From NCBI GenBank assembly GCA_900088475.1, contig FLMG01002424.1:5912-69911 (forward strand): DNA of 64,000 nt. Direction: 5' to 3'. Below, piece after piece: positions 21,501-32,652 of this stretch; positions within the stretch are counted from its first letter, which is position 1, and each line of letters opens with the position of its first letter. Under the pieces are notes generated by a model. It saw nothing but the letters and a program-made list of their open reading frames with translations. It made no database searches and was not told the DNA's origin. This DNA is from Hyphochytrium catenoides (Eukaryota; Protista; Hyphochytriomycota). The translations under genes were made by a program, and so were the position numbers.

Positions 21501-24500
21501 CCTATCGTCTGCCTGCAGTTCCCTTCCTATTGCTCCAGCAGGGCCCGGAGAGGAGTTAAATGTTGTCACTTATCTTTGGAGATGCTCCATTCGTCGCATG
21601 CGATCTTCTCTCTCTTCTCATATAAACCATTCCTCTTCCGGTTCTTCTCTGTCTCTCTCCAAGCTCTCATCCTTCTCAACGTCCTTTGAGCCCTGGAGTG
21701 TTATCTCCGCCGAATGGTGGGAAGATTGGGCGTCGTATGCCAACTGGGCACATGGAACTCAGGAACTGACCGAGAAGATCACTGAAGAGTCAATGGTCAG
21801 TTATCTGCTGATCGACCCGGACGCCGAGTTCCTTGTCAATGATCCTGCCAACGCCTCGCTGGAAAGGGAAGAGAGAGGGAGAGGAAAGCCTGGCCCTCTC
21901 AGTAATCTCCGCCTCCTTTCTTCCATGGGTTCTAAGCAGCTTAAACCTCAACTCAGACCCGGCGCTGATTTTGTGGTGAGTTTCTTTGTAGGCATTAGGG
22001 TGAGACAGACAGAAGAGCGCATAGAGAACAGTCCATGTTGGGATAGGGAGACGCGCGGCGTAGGCTAAATAGGGTGACAGATTGACGGAACACAGAGAAC
22101 GTGCAATTCAAGAGGAACTAGTAAAGAGGAGGATGAGTTGAGAGACGAAGACGGAGGGGGAAAGAAGAGGCACTGTTTAACCTTAGGTTCAGGCTCTTGG
22201 CTACATGTCAACTACACTGATCCACGTCCTTATTCCTCTCTCTATTTTCTTACCTCTATATCTGTCTTATCTTTCCCCAGCTGCTTCCTGTCTCTGTGTA
22301 TAGAGCACTTGTCTCTTGGTACGGAGGAGGGCCTGAGATTATAAGGGGCCTAAGCGTACACCCAGGGGTCTCACCAGTGGAGAAGAGAGTGACATCATCC
22401 TCAATCCGGCCACCTCTCTCCTCCTCTGTTCTCTCTTCTCTCAGCTGCTTGGCCATTGAGCTCCGTCCTCTCACTATACGTCTCGCGGTGGCCGCCTTTT
22501 CGGAGGACCTGAAAGGACTCTTTGGCCCTTCCTCCTCATTGTCCACTCTCTCCTCCTCCTCTGTTTCTGCTTCGTCTCCCTCGTCCTCTCTCTCAACTCC
22601 TCTGATCAGAATGTCAGAAAAGGAGCTGCTAATAGGAAGAAATACGCCACTATCCATTCTCCGAGAAAAGGCTGTGGGTGCAGTGAGAGAGATGGTCAGG
22701 CCCGAGGTTCAGCTCAAAGCTAGGCTGTGGCGTCAAGAAGATAGCAACCCAGAGGATCTTGAGTATCAGGTGAGAAGGGGCGTGGCAAACGCATAGGCAA
22801 GTGAGACAGAGGAGACAGAACGAGGGGTTTTTATTTGGATACTGTGAAAAGAGAGAAATGGAGAGGAGCATCAAGGAATAATCAGAACAAACCCCGACTA
22901 CGCCCTCAGCTCACCTTTAATCTGCCACAGCCTAGCAGCTGATAGTTCTCTCATGGTCAGACATTTTTTCCGATCTCGTTGCTCCTCTACATATGCCAAT
23001 GGATTGTTACTGGCTTGTTCCTCCCTTTTCTAACTTCTTCTTTATCTGCAATATCTAGCTCCTCCACGGTGATCCCAAGACTGAGATTTGCGAGCTCTGC
23101 GTCTCTGCTCGAGAGGTCCTTCTTGTAGAGTTCAGTAGGTCTGGAGGCGTCTGGCCCATGCCAGAGGTAGATCTTTCTTCTTTCGATCCCTCCTCACCTG
23201 ACTGGGCTGCCTCTCTGTCTATTGTCCTCCTATTTGAGCCCCGATAAACGGGTTTGGAAGGACGGTCTTCCGCTATTCAGTTCAGCCTCTTCGTCAGTCC
23301 TTGCCTACCTCTAATTTTGTCCATTTGCATCTTGTCCCTCTGCGTTGTATTCCAAAGATTCAAAAGCGACAAGTCTCTGAAGATTCCCACGGACGAACCA
23401 GAGGTCGGAGGCTTTCTCTTCTTGGGCTAGAAGCGGGGGCGGATGGTGCGGAAGAAGGAAGTTCTGAGCTCGAAAGAGCACCAAAAGGCGAAGAGGGTGT
23501 CAGTGGGGCAGGGAGACCAGAAAGAACTCGCATGGAGTCCAAGCATCCGAAAAAGCTCTCTCTCTTCCCAGGGAGTCCTATAGAAGAGGAAGACGATAAC
23601 AGCCTAACAAGGGCTGCGAAAGAGGAAAAGAGAAGGATCTCTCTCCATCCTCGCTCCTTCGTGGGCTTGGAAAATTTAGGCAACACGTAAGGGCGCCAGT
23701 CAGATCCGCCTCCCATCTGCTGACCTCCTATAGCCTCGTATTTTTCTTCATTGCATAAGCTCTTTGGCCCCTTTTCTCTTCCTTGCGCTTGCCCTTGCTC
23801 CCTAATCCCCATGTCGCTCTCTCTGCTTGATACTCTCTCGTTGCGTGCACACTCTCCCCTGTTACGTCTTCGACGCCTCATCTCTCCGCGTGGATCCATT
23901 ATCCGCCTTCAGGTGTTACCTGAACAGTGCCTTGCAGTGTCTAGCGCACACGCCTCCTTTGTCGCAGTACTTCATCTCAGGCGCGTACCGTCTAGATCTC
24001 AACACCAAGAATACAATGGGGATGCAGGTGACCTCTAAGAACTCATTTACTTTCTTTCAAAATGTCCAGTAGTCTCGGAGTTGTGACCAAGACCCATGCG
24101 GGTATTTTACTTTTGTTTCTTGATTGTCCCATGCACCTTGCCATAGTGCTTCTGCTTTGCCACATGCTCGTATTTGCCCTCCTACGCACTTTCTCCAATG
24201 TCAAGCTCGTGAACGGAGTGGGCTCTATCTAAGCTACAGAACGCCATAGGGAAAATTGGCTCTTGCTTATGGCGACCTAGTCTTGAACTTGTGGAATAGC
24301 AGCAAGGCCGCCTTGGCACCAAAGACGATCAAGGCCGTCATCAGTAGGTTCAATAGCCAATTTCAGGGCTTTGAGCAGCATGATGCGCAGGTGACTGAGA
24401 TTGAGTTGAAAGTCGCTAAACCTTAAATCTTCCTCGCAGCTTCCTCGCAGCTTTGACTTTACCAGCGCTGGTTGGCACGTTTCCAGCTTAACCTTTTCCT

Positions 24501-24904
24501 GTTTCGGCCCTTCTCGCGCTATTAAGGACCACTTCCGCTCTTCCAATAGTTGCTCATACGCCTTCTTTTATGTAGGAACTGCTTGCTTGCATTCTTGAGG
24601 GACTTAGTGAGGATTTGAATCGGATAACATCCAAACCCTATCTTCACAACCCTGACAGCGACAATAAGACAGATGAAGAATGTGCGGACATTTGGTGGAG
24701 GAATCATCTGAAGAGGGAGCTTTCCATCATTGTCATCCTCTTCTCTGGACAATACAAAAGTACTCTAAAGTGTGCACTCTGTGGATATGAGTCCGCACGC
24801 TTTGAGCCGTTCATGACTCTTCAGGTGAGCGGAGAGCGCATTCATTTCGAGCCTCACTAGTCACCACGCCATATCGTTCTTCCATGGCCAAATCCATACT
24901 ATCA

Positions 24905-24941
<37 letters not shown>

Positions 24942-27900
24942 TCTCTCTACTCTTCTCCCTCTTTACCCCGACTCAGGTGGTCCATGGGTGTACTCCACGT
25001 TTAGCTTTTTTCGATGCCTTTCTGTGGATATCCTTTTTGGTCCAGAATTTTGGCAAAATGCAGTCTACTTCCTGCTTCAAGTCTTTGTATGTATTTCTGT
25101 GGTCCGTTGGCACTGAGACGAGCACCTCTTTTCTTCTTAGCCTAAGCAGTGGCCATTATTCCTCACAATGTGTCCATCCTGCGGCCTAGATATGTTCCCC
25201 GCCAGCTCTTTCTCTGCGGCGCCTGTCTCTTGCTTCTACTCTCCTCCTTGTACCTCTCGTATTGCCTAATCACTCTTGCTAACCCGCTTGCCTTGCTCTT
25301 CTGACCCGTCCCGCGTACGCTTATGGGCTCAATGGTGGTTTTATCAACAGCTCCCTCTTCCCGCATCAACGGATTTCTTGACATCTCTGACCCTGCACTT
25401 CGATGACGGGCAGCCACCCGTCCGGGTCACCTTCCGGATGGCCTCTGAAGCTACTGTGAAAGACTTGAAGCAAGAGATCCTGCGCCTCATTGCAACTGAC
25501 GAAAGAATCTCTCTACCGAACCCTCCTCACAAGACCTCCTTCAGGGATATAGTCGTCGCAGTTATCACGAAAAGAAGCATTATCGCTCAGATGCTTGCGG
25601 AGCACAGAAAGCTTGTTGGCATTTCTGAATCTCACAATCTGGCAGCCTTCATTCTCACCTCGACGTTAGGAGGAGAGACGAAGACGGCTGAGCGGGCGGT
25701 CGAGCACAGAGTTCATCAAGGGACCCTGGCGAATGTGGCGGAGAATGAGAGTCTAAGGGTTGAGATGACAGAGGAAGTGCACGCTAGGAGCACTGAGCAA
25801 AAGCAGGAGCTTCACAGTCAAAGTCCACCGTCGGAAGGGACTCAAGGTCTGAAGCGAGAGAGTAATGACAAGATGGGAAGCGAAGTGAAAGGAATCAAGG
25901 TACTGGAGTTGGACCGAGAAATGCGGAATGTAGGTGATCACGAACATAAGAGGGAAGAAGAACATAGCAGTGAAGAGTCTGGCGGACATGATGTGGAGCT
26001 ACACTTGGAAGCAGGTGCAGCGGTAAGCGTCATTTGGCCTGGTAGCTCTTCTCCTCTTCCGGCGCAAGTGGAAGAGATAAACGCCGACGGAAGTGTTAAT
26101 TTGCGTTATGGAAACAATAAGCACAGTTACCATGTGCCCCGCTCTCTCCTTCTCTCCCCACGCCTCTCCACGGTTTTGCTGAGAGTAGTACAAAGGCGCC
26201 CCGTGAGGCGCGAAAGGTACTTTCAAGACCCGTACTCCCTCTCTTTGTTCGGTCTCCCGTTCCTTCTCCGCGTCGTCCCTTCCAAGGTTACAGGCCAAGA
26301 GCTATACGATGCTGTTTGGAGGCTTCTCCAGCCATTTCTTCGAGGGGAGAAAGACAGGGTACTGCCACGGCTTGATCATGACGCTTCTATGCAGTTGGAG
26401 AAGAAGGAGAAACAAGGAGTTTCGCTACATTCTTCACCTTCAGGTATTGCCCTGGGTCGCCTGGTAGAGAGCATTGAGGACGATCAGAGCGGAAAAGGAC
26501 AGAGAGAAGGCATGTGGCCAGAGTTTCCATTTACTCTCCACCTCGTGAAGGGGAGTGGCTCCTCTTGCTCTATTTGCCCCTGGCTCTACGGCTGTGCGGG
26601 ATGTGCAATTCTTCCCTCCTCAGCTCCTCTCCACTTCTTGGACGGTGATACGATCGCTGTGGACTGGAGCCTTACGACGTTTAAGGTATAGAAGTCCGAA
26701 AGCGTCCGGCGATGCCTACCTTCCTAGGCTTTCTCTCTCTTGATCTGGCCGTTTTTAACTCTTTTCCTACTAGTCCTAGAGCTCTGCTCTGCGTAGTTTT
26801 CCGCAGTCATTCTGAAGGGAATGCGTTATGCTGCCGGGACTTGTAACGGCATCTCTGCCTGTGCTTCTATTCTATCGACTTTCCTCCTACTGTTATCCTT
26901 TATCTCTTTCTGCCCTGACCGGGCGCCAAGATGTAGCCAGCAAGCTTGTGTTCAATCGCTCTCCCATGTCCCCGTATCTTCTCTGAGGTAGTTTCGTTTT
27001 GCTCTGGTTTCATAGGAGAATGCAGAGGTCGATCAGCTGAAGGCAGTTCGGGCGCACTCCTCTCCCTCGTCAAACAAGGTCTTAGAGCAGCGTCAAACCT
27101 CTATTTATGACTGCATCGCAGCCTTCACCAGCACGGAGACCATACCTGAGGTAAGGGAGAGAGGATGGACGTAGTCTCAATGGACGCTGAGATGACGAGG
27201 TCATTTCGAAGAGATGACAGGCACACTTCTCTCCTATCTTCTCTCTGTATATGTAGTCCTTGGGCTGGCTGATCCTATCTGGTTGATCACCTCTCTTTCT
27301 CTTTCCGACGCAAGGTCATTCTCTTCACCGAATATCTCTGTGTATGCGGCCACTGGGTTGGCTTTCCTATGTGGTTGCGCCTCTCTTCCCTTCTCTCTTG
27401 CAGACTCTGTTTATATTTATCTAGACCACGTATCATGCTGTCTCTCTCTCTAACTTCCTTCCCCATGCCCCATCTCTTTCTTCTCTCTCTCTCTCTCTCT
27501 CTCTTTGTGTCTCTCTATCCACACTCTCTCTCTCTCTTCCGGCTATCAATTATCTCTCTGCAGTTCCATTGCAGTCGCTGCAAATCCCCCCAAGAATTCT
27601 CCAAGAAAATGGAGCTCTGGCGTCCTCCACCTCTTCTGATTCTCCACCTGAAGCGCTTTCAGTACACGCAAACAGCCAGAAGGAAGCTCAACAGGACAGT
27701 CCTGTTCCCTCTTCGCGGGCTAGATATCAGGCCCTTTGTGGCAAAGAGAGGGGAGAAAGGAAAAGATATTGCTCCCAGTGCTAATGTTAAGGATGACGCA
27801 GGAGAAGCACCCAGGGAGCGGGCCGATGACGAGCCGTCGAAGGATGGAGGAGACAAGCACGAGGTTACTGGGACACAGAAGGAAGAAGAGCGACCGGACG

Positions 27901-28274
27901 TGAGCTCTGAAGAGGAGCGAGAGAGAGAGAAAGATGATGCTCTGCCTCTTTATCTTTACGATCTCTACGCTGTAGTCAATCACGTGGGAGCGATGGGAGC
28001 TGGCCATTACACAGCTTTGGTCTATAGCAAGGAGAAAGGAGTGTGGTTGCACTTCAATGACGATGAAGTGGAGAAAGTTGAGGAAGAAAGAGTTGTCTCT
28101 CCCTCTGCATACATTCTATTCTATATGAGGAGAGACATGCAGGGCGTAGACATGTCCGAGATGTTTCCTCCTTCTCTATCTTCATCTTCCTCCTCCATAT
28201 CCTACGCGGTGGATGAGGCGCAGCTTGAGAAGATTTTGACTGACAGAGATGCGGGAATGTGCGTCACAATGTAA
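18589..28274 (+). CDS. USP32: USP32-like ubiquitin carboxyl-terminal hydrolase (EF-hand, DUSP, UBL and split USP domains), about 14 exons
   Basis: Exons 18589-18918, 19266-19610, 19810-19893, 20081-20971, 21244-21975, 22281-22769, 23059-23166, 23358-23686, 23913-24027, 24250-24390, 24576-24823, 25351-26685, 27016-27150, 27564-28274 (GT-AG). EF-hand FDLNSSGRIELSDF; DUSP WSVISAEWWEDW..PGPLSN..GADFV|LLP..VYRALVSWYGGGP; Cys box GLENLGNT|CYLNSALQCL; QHDAQ|E; LILHLKRF; His box YDLYAVVNHVGAMGAGHYTA; N-terminal MGNSSS and C-terminal CaaX (CVTM). Confidence 0.9.
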
Positions 28275-28767
28275 ACAATCAGTCCGACTAGCCATAAACA
28301 CCGGGGAAGGGAAGCGAGCGAAAGAGAGAGAAATCCACAATGAGAGACGCGAACGTGGGAGCAAGAAACGTGAGAGAGAAAGAAGAGGAAGGAGAGGGAC
28401 AGGGGCGACAGAGAGAGTACAAAGAGAAGCGAGTGAGGAAGGGGAGGGAGACGGAGCTCCTACATTTGCCAAGGAAGCGGATGGCCCAGTTACTGTTCAC
28501 AGCTCACAGCTGTGGACGCTTTGTAGCATTATCTCCTATTAGATACAGATAATTCGCCAACCATGCAGCCTGCCCTCAGGCTACTGATGTTCTGTCTTAG
28601 CTTTCTCTCTCTTCTTTCTCCGTGTCATCTTCTTCGTCCTCCAGGGTTTTCTTTTTCTCTTCTCCAGACAAAAGGCGGACAGATTGGCGAAGACTAGCAA
28701 AACAGGCTTGACAGCGCTTCAAGACGAGGAGAAAGACCAAGCAAAGTTTGGCTTACTGCATAAATAA

Positions 28768-31719
28768 CTAAGCGAAAGGAGAGGGAGGCGAGCCATACTT
28801 TTTCTCAAGGTCGAAGACGGCAGGAAAGAGAGAGAGACGCACTCCCTGTTCCCTACAGCTGCCTGCAAGTTTCCTGATGGTTCTAAGAGAAGGGTGATGT
28901 CCGAACTCTCTGCCTAGCTCAACTAATGGCTCCACCCTTTCCCATTGCCCAGTCTTCGCGGCCGCCAACAGAACTTTGTCTAAATCTCCTTCAGACGCTA
29001 TCTGCGACTGCATCATTTTCCGCAATAAGTCTCCAGCAACATCAAGGTTCCCTGTCCGAGTAGCAGATGCCAACACCGGCCGATAGCTACTCGATTTGGG
29101 TTCGATAGGAGCTGCCAGCATCTGCTTCCAAATCTGCAGCAGCACCTGGTCGTTGCCACTGCGAGCTACTCCCTCAATAACATAGGCGAAAGACGTAGCG
29201 TCGATCTCTTTCTTCTTCTCCATCCGTCCAAAGACCTTGAGCATATCGCTATAAAAGCCATACTTTCCCGTCACTTTCAACAGACAGTTGCTCTCTTGTG
29301 TCCCAGGAGAGAAGCCCTTTGTTTTCATTTGCTGCAGCACTTCCGATACCTCAAGGGGATCTCCTTCTTCGGCAAGTGCCATGAGAATACGCAGATAATC
29401 TTCGCCCGTCAGAGCTCTGCCAGTCGCCTCCATGTAACCGAGAAGAGCCTTGGCTTTGTCTGGCCGACCAGAGCGCAGATGACCCTCGTAAACAAAGAGC
29501 AGAGCCGAGGACGGCATAGGAGGGTTATACTCGTTATAAAGCTCCACTATCTTTTCCGCCTCCTTCATCCTCGCCTCCTGGCACAAGCAGCGGAGAAGGG
29601 ATAAAAGAGGTTGCTGTGAAGAGAGTTGCCTACGTTTCATGGCTTGAAGGGCAAGCGGAAGCCAGTCCAGAGATTGCAGGGAGTCCTCGGAAAGTCTCCG
29701 TTCCATGTTCACTAGTCGCCGTCCTCGTTCATAGATGTAGAGGTCGTACATCATCTGCAAAATCTCCCGTCCCTTGGACGCCCTTTCCACGGCTATTTGG
29801 TCCGCCGGCGGAGCAGTCTCCCCAATCTGCCCTCTTGGACTCTCCAGGCTGTCTAGTTCTTTGTTTGCTATCTTCATCAAGTTCCTTGCACTCTGAAAGT
29901 CTTGACGGGCGCAGTAGGCGCGCAAAACTAACAGCGAGAACTCTAGGTCAGGATGGATCTTTATGCCTCGCAGGTGCCTGAACAGGAGTAGTACACTCTC
30001 CCAATCCTCTCTTTCAGACAAAGCCTTCCCTAGCACCTTGATAGCTTGAAGGTACCTATCAGGAGCGAGAGACGAGACGAGAGATGGAGAGCTACAAACA
30101 TAGCTTTTCTCGGCTTCTTCGAGGACTAGCATAGCTATGTCCACTTGTCCACGCTTTGCGCACTGCTCTACGATGGATATAGGGTCTACGCCTTTCTCCT
30201 TCTCGTAGATCTGCAGCCACAACGGAAGGGAAGCGAAGGAAGGGAAGGAGCGCCCTTTTGGATGGCAGCTGAGAAGAGAGAGAATACCGGCGTTAGGCGG
30301 GGGGCAAAGCTGCCACAGCCGTCGCAGCAGTATGTGGACTCTCTCCCATTCTTCTGCCGCTAAAAGTGGAACTAATAGCTGCTGGATGCCTCGTAGGTCG
30401 CCCTCTTTCGCCCTCTCCCACATTTCCTTATCATCTCTTTCCTTTTTCTCCAGTGCAGCCTCTCCTGCTTCCCGGAGAGCCGGTGGAAGCGTTATATTTT
30501 CCTCTACCAGGTCCAGCGCCGTGATACCCTGCTGCCTGGAGGGCGCGGAGACACAGATTTGATGGACAAGCTCTCTCTGAAAACTTTCATGAGTAACACG
30601 AATGTTATGTGCTCGAAACCATCGGAAGAACTGCCGCTGCTTCCATTCGTCTAATGGATGCGACCACAGATATTTGGCGAGTGTGGAAGGAAGAGCGCGC
30701 AGGCCCTCTTGCTCGGCTCGAAGAAGGATAGATACGGCTTCTTCTCTTCTCCCTTCTCTCACGTAAAGCGCTATGATGTCTTCCAGCGCGCTCTGCAGAG
30801 CGACTCCTGAACGTCCGTTTACCACCCTCGGGTCATGCTTTAGCATCTCTAAGAGTAGTTGCTCGGCCTCAAAAGGAAGAGAACTCAGTATCAAGCCCAT
30901 TATAGCGCTCCGGAGCTCCCAAACACCTAGTCCTTCCCCCGTCTTCCTCTTCCAACTCTTGCCCTCCTTCCCCCGGCCCTCACTATGCCACAGCGCACGG
31001 ATTGTCTGCAAATGCCCATGTTTCCCCAGAAAGAAGGCGACCTGAAGCAACGCTGTCGACCTCGAGCTGTTATTGGTAGATTGAGGCAGTAGGCGGAGCT
31101 TTCTGGCTGTTGTCAGAATTTCAGTCAGCTCCTTCCAGCTGCTGCGTTGCTCTAACAGACAATGCACCATCTTGAGAACCATGGGTCGCAAATTGCGTAC
31201 GTCTGTCAGAGGAAGCAGAAGCTCCATGAGCGATAGACAGTCTCGGGCCCCCGCCAACGCGCTCCCCCCGCCGTCTGTCAGTAGGAGGAGATCAGTGCAG
31301 CAACGGTCTAGGTATTGTCGTAGGGCTTTCTCGTGTTGATGAAGATGATCCATTTCGTCTAAGGCGAAGTCCAGAACGGACCGAACAGAGACTAAAAGCT
31401 CTGCCAGTGAGGAATGAGGCCGTCTAGGCTCCATCAGAGCCCGTGGCGGAAGCTCTGCAACCGAAGAAGGTACAGAGTATTTGTATGGGAAGTTGGGTGC
31501 GGGGGGTGCAGGTACCGAAGGATCATCGCGCTCAATAGTCTGGATATCTAGCTGCTCCTCTGCGGGGCCTGCTAACACATGCTGGGACTGGGGAGAAGTA
31601 TGAACGAGCAGCACCCGAGGAGAACCATGGGGTCTCTGGCGCTTGAGATCCAAGGAACTTGAGGTGCGAAGTGTAGGCAGCGGGGAACGCAGCCGTGCAT
31701 TGGAGATAAGACGACGCAT
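28768..31719 (-). CDS. Pentatricopeptide-repeat (PPR) protein, intronless, probably mitochondrial
   Basis: 983-aa ORF. Arg/Ser/Leu-rich N-terminus resembles a presequence. Tandem ~35-aa helical repeats in the C-terminal part, e.g. GEDYLRILMALAEEGDPLEVSEVLQQMKTKGFSPG, ATSFAYVIEGVARSGNDQVLLQIWKQMLAAPIEPK and SSSYRPVLASATRTGNLDVAGDLLRKM. Confidence 0.85.
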   Translation of the reverse strand: MRRLISNARLRSPLPTLRTSSSLDLKRQRPHGSPRVLLVHTSPQSQHVLAGPAEEQLDIQTIERDDPSVPAPPAPNFPYKYSVPSSVAELPPRALMEPRRPHSSLAELLVSVRSVLDFALDEMDHLHQHEKALRQYLDRCCTDLLLLTDGGGSALAGARDCLSLMELLLPLTDVRNLRPMVLKMVHCLLEQRSSWKELTEILTTARKLRLLPQSTNNSSRSTALLQVAFFLGKHGHLQTIRALWHSEGRGKEGKSWKRKTGEGLGVWELRSAIMGLILSSLPFEAEQLLLEMLKHDPRVVNGRSGVALQSALEDIIALYVREGRREEAVSILLRAEQEGLRALPSTLAKYLWSHPLDEWKQRQFFRWFRAHNIRVTHESFQRELVHQICVSAPSRQQGITALDLVEENITLPPALREAGEAALEKKERDDKEMWERAKEGDLRGIQQLLVPLLAAEEWERVHILLRRLWQLCPPPNAGILSLLSCHPKGRSFPSFASLPLWLQIYEKEKGVDPISIVEQCAKRGQVDIAMLVLEEAEKSYVCSSPSLVSSLAPDRYLQAIKVLGKALSEREDWESVLLLFRHLRGIKIHPDLEFSLLVLRAYCARQDFQSARNLMKIANKELDSLESPRGQIGETAPPADQIAVERASKGREILQMMYDLYIYERGRRLVNMERRLSEDSLQSLDWLPLALQAMKRRQLSSQQPLLSLLRCLCQEARMKEAEKIVELYNEYNPPMPSSALLFVYEGHLRSGRPDKAKALLGYMEATGRALTGEDYLRILMALAEEGDPLEVSEVLQQMKTKGFSPGTQESNCLLKVTGKYGFYSDMLKVFGRMEKKKEIDATSFAYVIEGVARSGNDQVLLQIWKQMLAAPIEPKSSSYRPVLASATRTGNLDVAGDLLRKMMQSQIASEGDLDKVLLAAAKTGQWERVEPLVELGREFGHHPSLRTIRKLAGSCREQGVRLSLFPAVFDLEKKYGSPPSPFA

Positions 31720-32652
31720 TGCCTACGCGCCACCCACCCGGGGACCCGACAGTGCCAGGCCGAGGCCTTAAATAAAAGAAAGAGGGTAGGAGGAGTGACA
31801 GACTCCTTCGCAAGACATGGAGCTGCGTTCGATGGTGTTTGCTGTCAAGACAGAGGACATGCAGCTGTACCGTCCTAATCGTTGCTCAGATGCATTTGCA
31901 TACATAGGCATACACTTTGATCACTACCTAAAGTCTCTCTGTTCCATTGCCTTTCGTCTGATGCCATCAGGCAGAGCTGCTCCATCCGAGTTCTGAAGAT
32001 TATCGCGATCTGGCGGAGCTGCAGACTCGGTGACGGACGGACAGGCACCAGCAACACCCACACCACCACCCGCGGCTAACCAGGTTAGCTACATTTCTAC
32101 CCAGCTGACCCAATCAATATAGACGTTATGCCATTTAATTTCATAATATTGACGCCATTTTAAGAGCCGTTGAGCAGTTTTTATTTGGGTCTCAGTACGT
32201 TCCTACACGAGGGTCAAGCATCTCAACAAAAAGATTCTTGGAAAGCTTGGCGTGAAGGTGAAGCAGTGGTCTGATGGTCTGATGCTGCTGGCGCTCGGCA
32301 CGCCCGCCTCTGGCTGGCAATGAGGGAAGGCAACTCGATGAAGAGTTGGATGAAGCGCAATCCACGCCCCAGAGCCCCGAGGCCAAAGGTGAGAAGACTC
32401 TACGGCGGCAGCCAGACATGCTCCGTTTCAATGAGCAGAGAAGCATGGCCATATATGATCAGAACAAGTCTTCATGCGCCTCCTGTCTGTTGGTCTGACA
32501 AGGGCTGGGATATCCTCTCCCGTCTTGGATTGGAGGGTCAAAATAGATTCACTAGCTCTTCTAATGCTTTGACGGCCCTTTCGCCACTTTGCGCCTCGCC
32601 TGTGTGCCGTCTCCCAAATTCTTGAACGGGGAGGTTACGGCCAGTACCTTGT

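Noticed and set aside
29296-31045. Antisense ORFs overlapping the PPR gene (likewise those opposite the P450s, ADH and USP32)
   Set aside because: Shadow frames of real coding sequence with no independent motifs.
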